From: Polymyxa betae A26-41
Lineage: Eukaryota; Protista; Endomyxa: Phytomyxea
Length of the DNA stretch: 64,000 nucleotides
Reading direction: 5' to 3'
NCBI GenBank assembly: GCA_003693705.1
Contig: RBZT01000312.1
Location: forward strand, 208,095 to 272,094
A program made the position numbers and the translations under genes. A model generated the notes under the pieces. That model made no database searches, was not told the origin of the DNA, and saw only the letters and a list, made by a program, of their open reading frames with translations. How positions within the stretch are numbered: position 1 is the first letter of the stretch; each line of letters opens with the position of its first letter. Below are positions 61,918 to 64,000 of this stretch, piece after piece.

Positions 61918-63658
61918 TTACGCATCTTGGTTGCCTGTTGATTCTCGTTCGACGGAACCCGGGACCGATTCGTCCGACTTCGCAGTTAAGCTGAGGTGGT
62001 CACACCAGCCTCCGAAACGAGCCGCCTGTACTTTGTTAATACATCTGCTTTGTGTTTTCCAATCTCATTCTAGCTTACCGTCTTTTTGTTGGCTTTGATG
62101 ACGGCTTGTTTACATTGAGCATGCATTGTTTTTAATGCTGAAGATTCCGGGTCAAGTCTCAGAGCTGCATCAATATCGATTATAGCGAGATCCGGTTGAG
62201 CTGTTTTCATGTAGCACTGAGCACGACGGTAAAGTGCCTTCGAGTTTTGTGGATTGAGAGCGAGAACTTTGGCAGCATATGAAGTCGCCTTTGTCAGTAT
62301 TAAATCGACGATAGTGGATTAGTAACAAAAAATAACCAACCTGCCCGTATTCTTCCTGTTTCATTTTTAGCACACTCAAATTATTTAGACAATCTAACTT
62401 GATCTGTTTAGCTTGCTCATGAACATTACTTTCTCCTTCATACTGAATAAGCTCTAGCGCATTGTTATATAGTCTTTCGGCTCTTTCAAGTTGTCCTGAT
62501 TTAAAAGCTTTATTACCAAAATCCTGGAAATTTTATCAAACAACTAAAGATAATCTTCCGGTTTCTTACCTTCTTGCACTGAGCAAGTTCTGCCTTCTCT
62601 TCGGCAGACATTTCCCATTTTAAAGTTCCAGCCTAGACTTAGATGAATTGGAAATAATCGAACCGTCCAGGGATAGTACCGAGTAATCAATTAGTTCCAC
62701 TTTGTATTCTACAATTGCCCCAGAAGGCACATTCAAAGTGTCGTCTCCAGCACATCCCCAGGCATAAGTTGGGTCAATTCGAAAGATGCTCTTCTCACCA
62801 CGACACATCGACTTAATTGCCAACTCTAAACCTTCAATAATATCCTTTTCTAAAAATGATCTCAGAAGCAGGTGATTGATTTAGGAAATAACCCATTACT
62901 GCAAAGACTGAATGATTCGGCGTCGTCTGATTTCTCAAACACTGGTCCATCTAGTAATCTGCCAGTGTATCGAACTATAATCGGTAAGTATAATCCAGCA
63001 CTTTCCAAGTCAAAAAGCATCAGAAAGTACCTGTGACATTTGAGCCATCGTTAGGGGTAGCAACTTCCCTCGATCCTTTGTTCAGCGTTTTCTTCTTGAT
63101 TCTGCCATCGTAAACAACATTGGACCAGTCATCCCAGTATAAATATTCGGCATGAACATTGAGATTCTGAAATACAAACATAAAAACATTGGTGGTTCAA
63201 ATTGGAATTGCTCGAGACCTCGTGTATATCATTGATTGTTGTTGGCATCTTAAATGATTTATACAGATGAGCAGCTTGGCAGTGGAAAATGGCTTTCTCG
63301 CCAGGTACCATGGAGCGAATCGCTGCCGTCCATAAAGGAGCAGCATGAGTTTCACCAAGAGTAAAGTGATAAGGGTAATCTCGTTGTCGCGAGGAGTCAT
63401 GAACTCGTCCATCTTCATCAAACACATCATAATGTACTGAGCAAAGTCACAAATTTTTTTTTTCAACCAAGTGCATCGCAGACCATAAATTTCTGATCCT
63501 TCAGGAGCGACAGCGTTGTCAGCATTTGAACGCCCTGGACTCACGAGCTGCTTCCTAATCCGAAATTGCTCGTCATGGCCGTGATCCAGATCGGCTTCGA
63601 TGAAAGTATCAGCATCCGTGAAAGGAGGACAGTTTGGAATATCGTGCTGCTGCTGCAT
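61918..63658 (-). CDS. FKBP-type PPIase with two FKBP domains and TPR (FKBP52/ROF1-like)
   Basis: DSSRQRDYPYHFTLG, VRYTGRLLDG, EGLELAIKSM.RGEK, GNKAFK, NSKALYRRAQ. The ORF-track start at 63808 is TTG; the first ATG is at 63658. Confidence 0.88.
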
Positions 63659-64000
63659 TTTTTTGTAGAGTGATCGAGCCCTACGGATCGGAAAATTTTC
63701 TTGCTTCAAAATCCTTTTAGGCGATCCTTTTCTAGTTTCCTGCAAAAAACCAGAAGCAAAAACAGCTCGTGTAGCGATGGTTATAATTTCACTGGTGGGG
63801 TGTGCCAATAAACATTATTGAATCAGGCTATTTTGTGGAAGCCCAGGATAAGCCACACTGGTCATGTGCTACCTAAGTATCTGGAATTGTGAAAGAGTAA
63901 AGGGATGCATATTATATTCTTTTATTGCAACCACAGCGGTTGCTTGATTTCTGTGCGTGATTTCTGTGAAATCACGCAGGAGGCTACGGTAATTTCCACA

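Noticed and set aside
1-64000. Genome-wide TAG reassignment suggested by in-frame TAGs at 43317 and 47891
   Set aside because: Conserved genes (CFAP57, transketolase, Piezo) end at TAG and their long exons contain no internal TAG.

Overview
Very compact, intron-rich eukaryotic DNA (roughly 45% GC by eye, GT-AG introns of about 42-55 nt, intergenic gaps often under 100 bp). Flagellar and centriolar genes point to a flagellated (zoosporic) protist; a phytomyxid such as Spongospora is my inference, not proven. About 25 protein genes are present. Conserved genes: CFAP57, SFI1-like, KMO, CARMIL-like, a zf-4CXXC_R1 protein, MAD2, MPP10, TEN1, transketolase, ALG1, C9orf78/TLS1, a DUF1749 hydrolase, low-MW thioredoxin reductase, ELMOD and an FKBP-TPR immunophilin. 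The standout is a Piezo mechanosensitive channel carrying in-frame ankyrin repeats and two tandem PAS domains inside one ~6 kb exon. Other unusual items: a CatSper1-like 6TM channel (TLDDW filter), an intronless aldo-keto reductase::RNI-like LRR fusion, an RCC1::ODA-docking-complex-like fusion, telomeric repeats just upstream of TEN1, a secreted CAP/PR-1 mucin with a degenerate active site, a Zn-finger/PARP-like gene with an in-frame TAG, and a decayed accessory island (44.4-48.4 kb) with a pseudogene interrupted by two solo-LTR-like inserts. Exon boundaries were read by eye. Family calls come from remembered motifs, not database searches.
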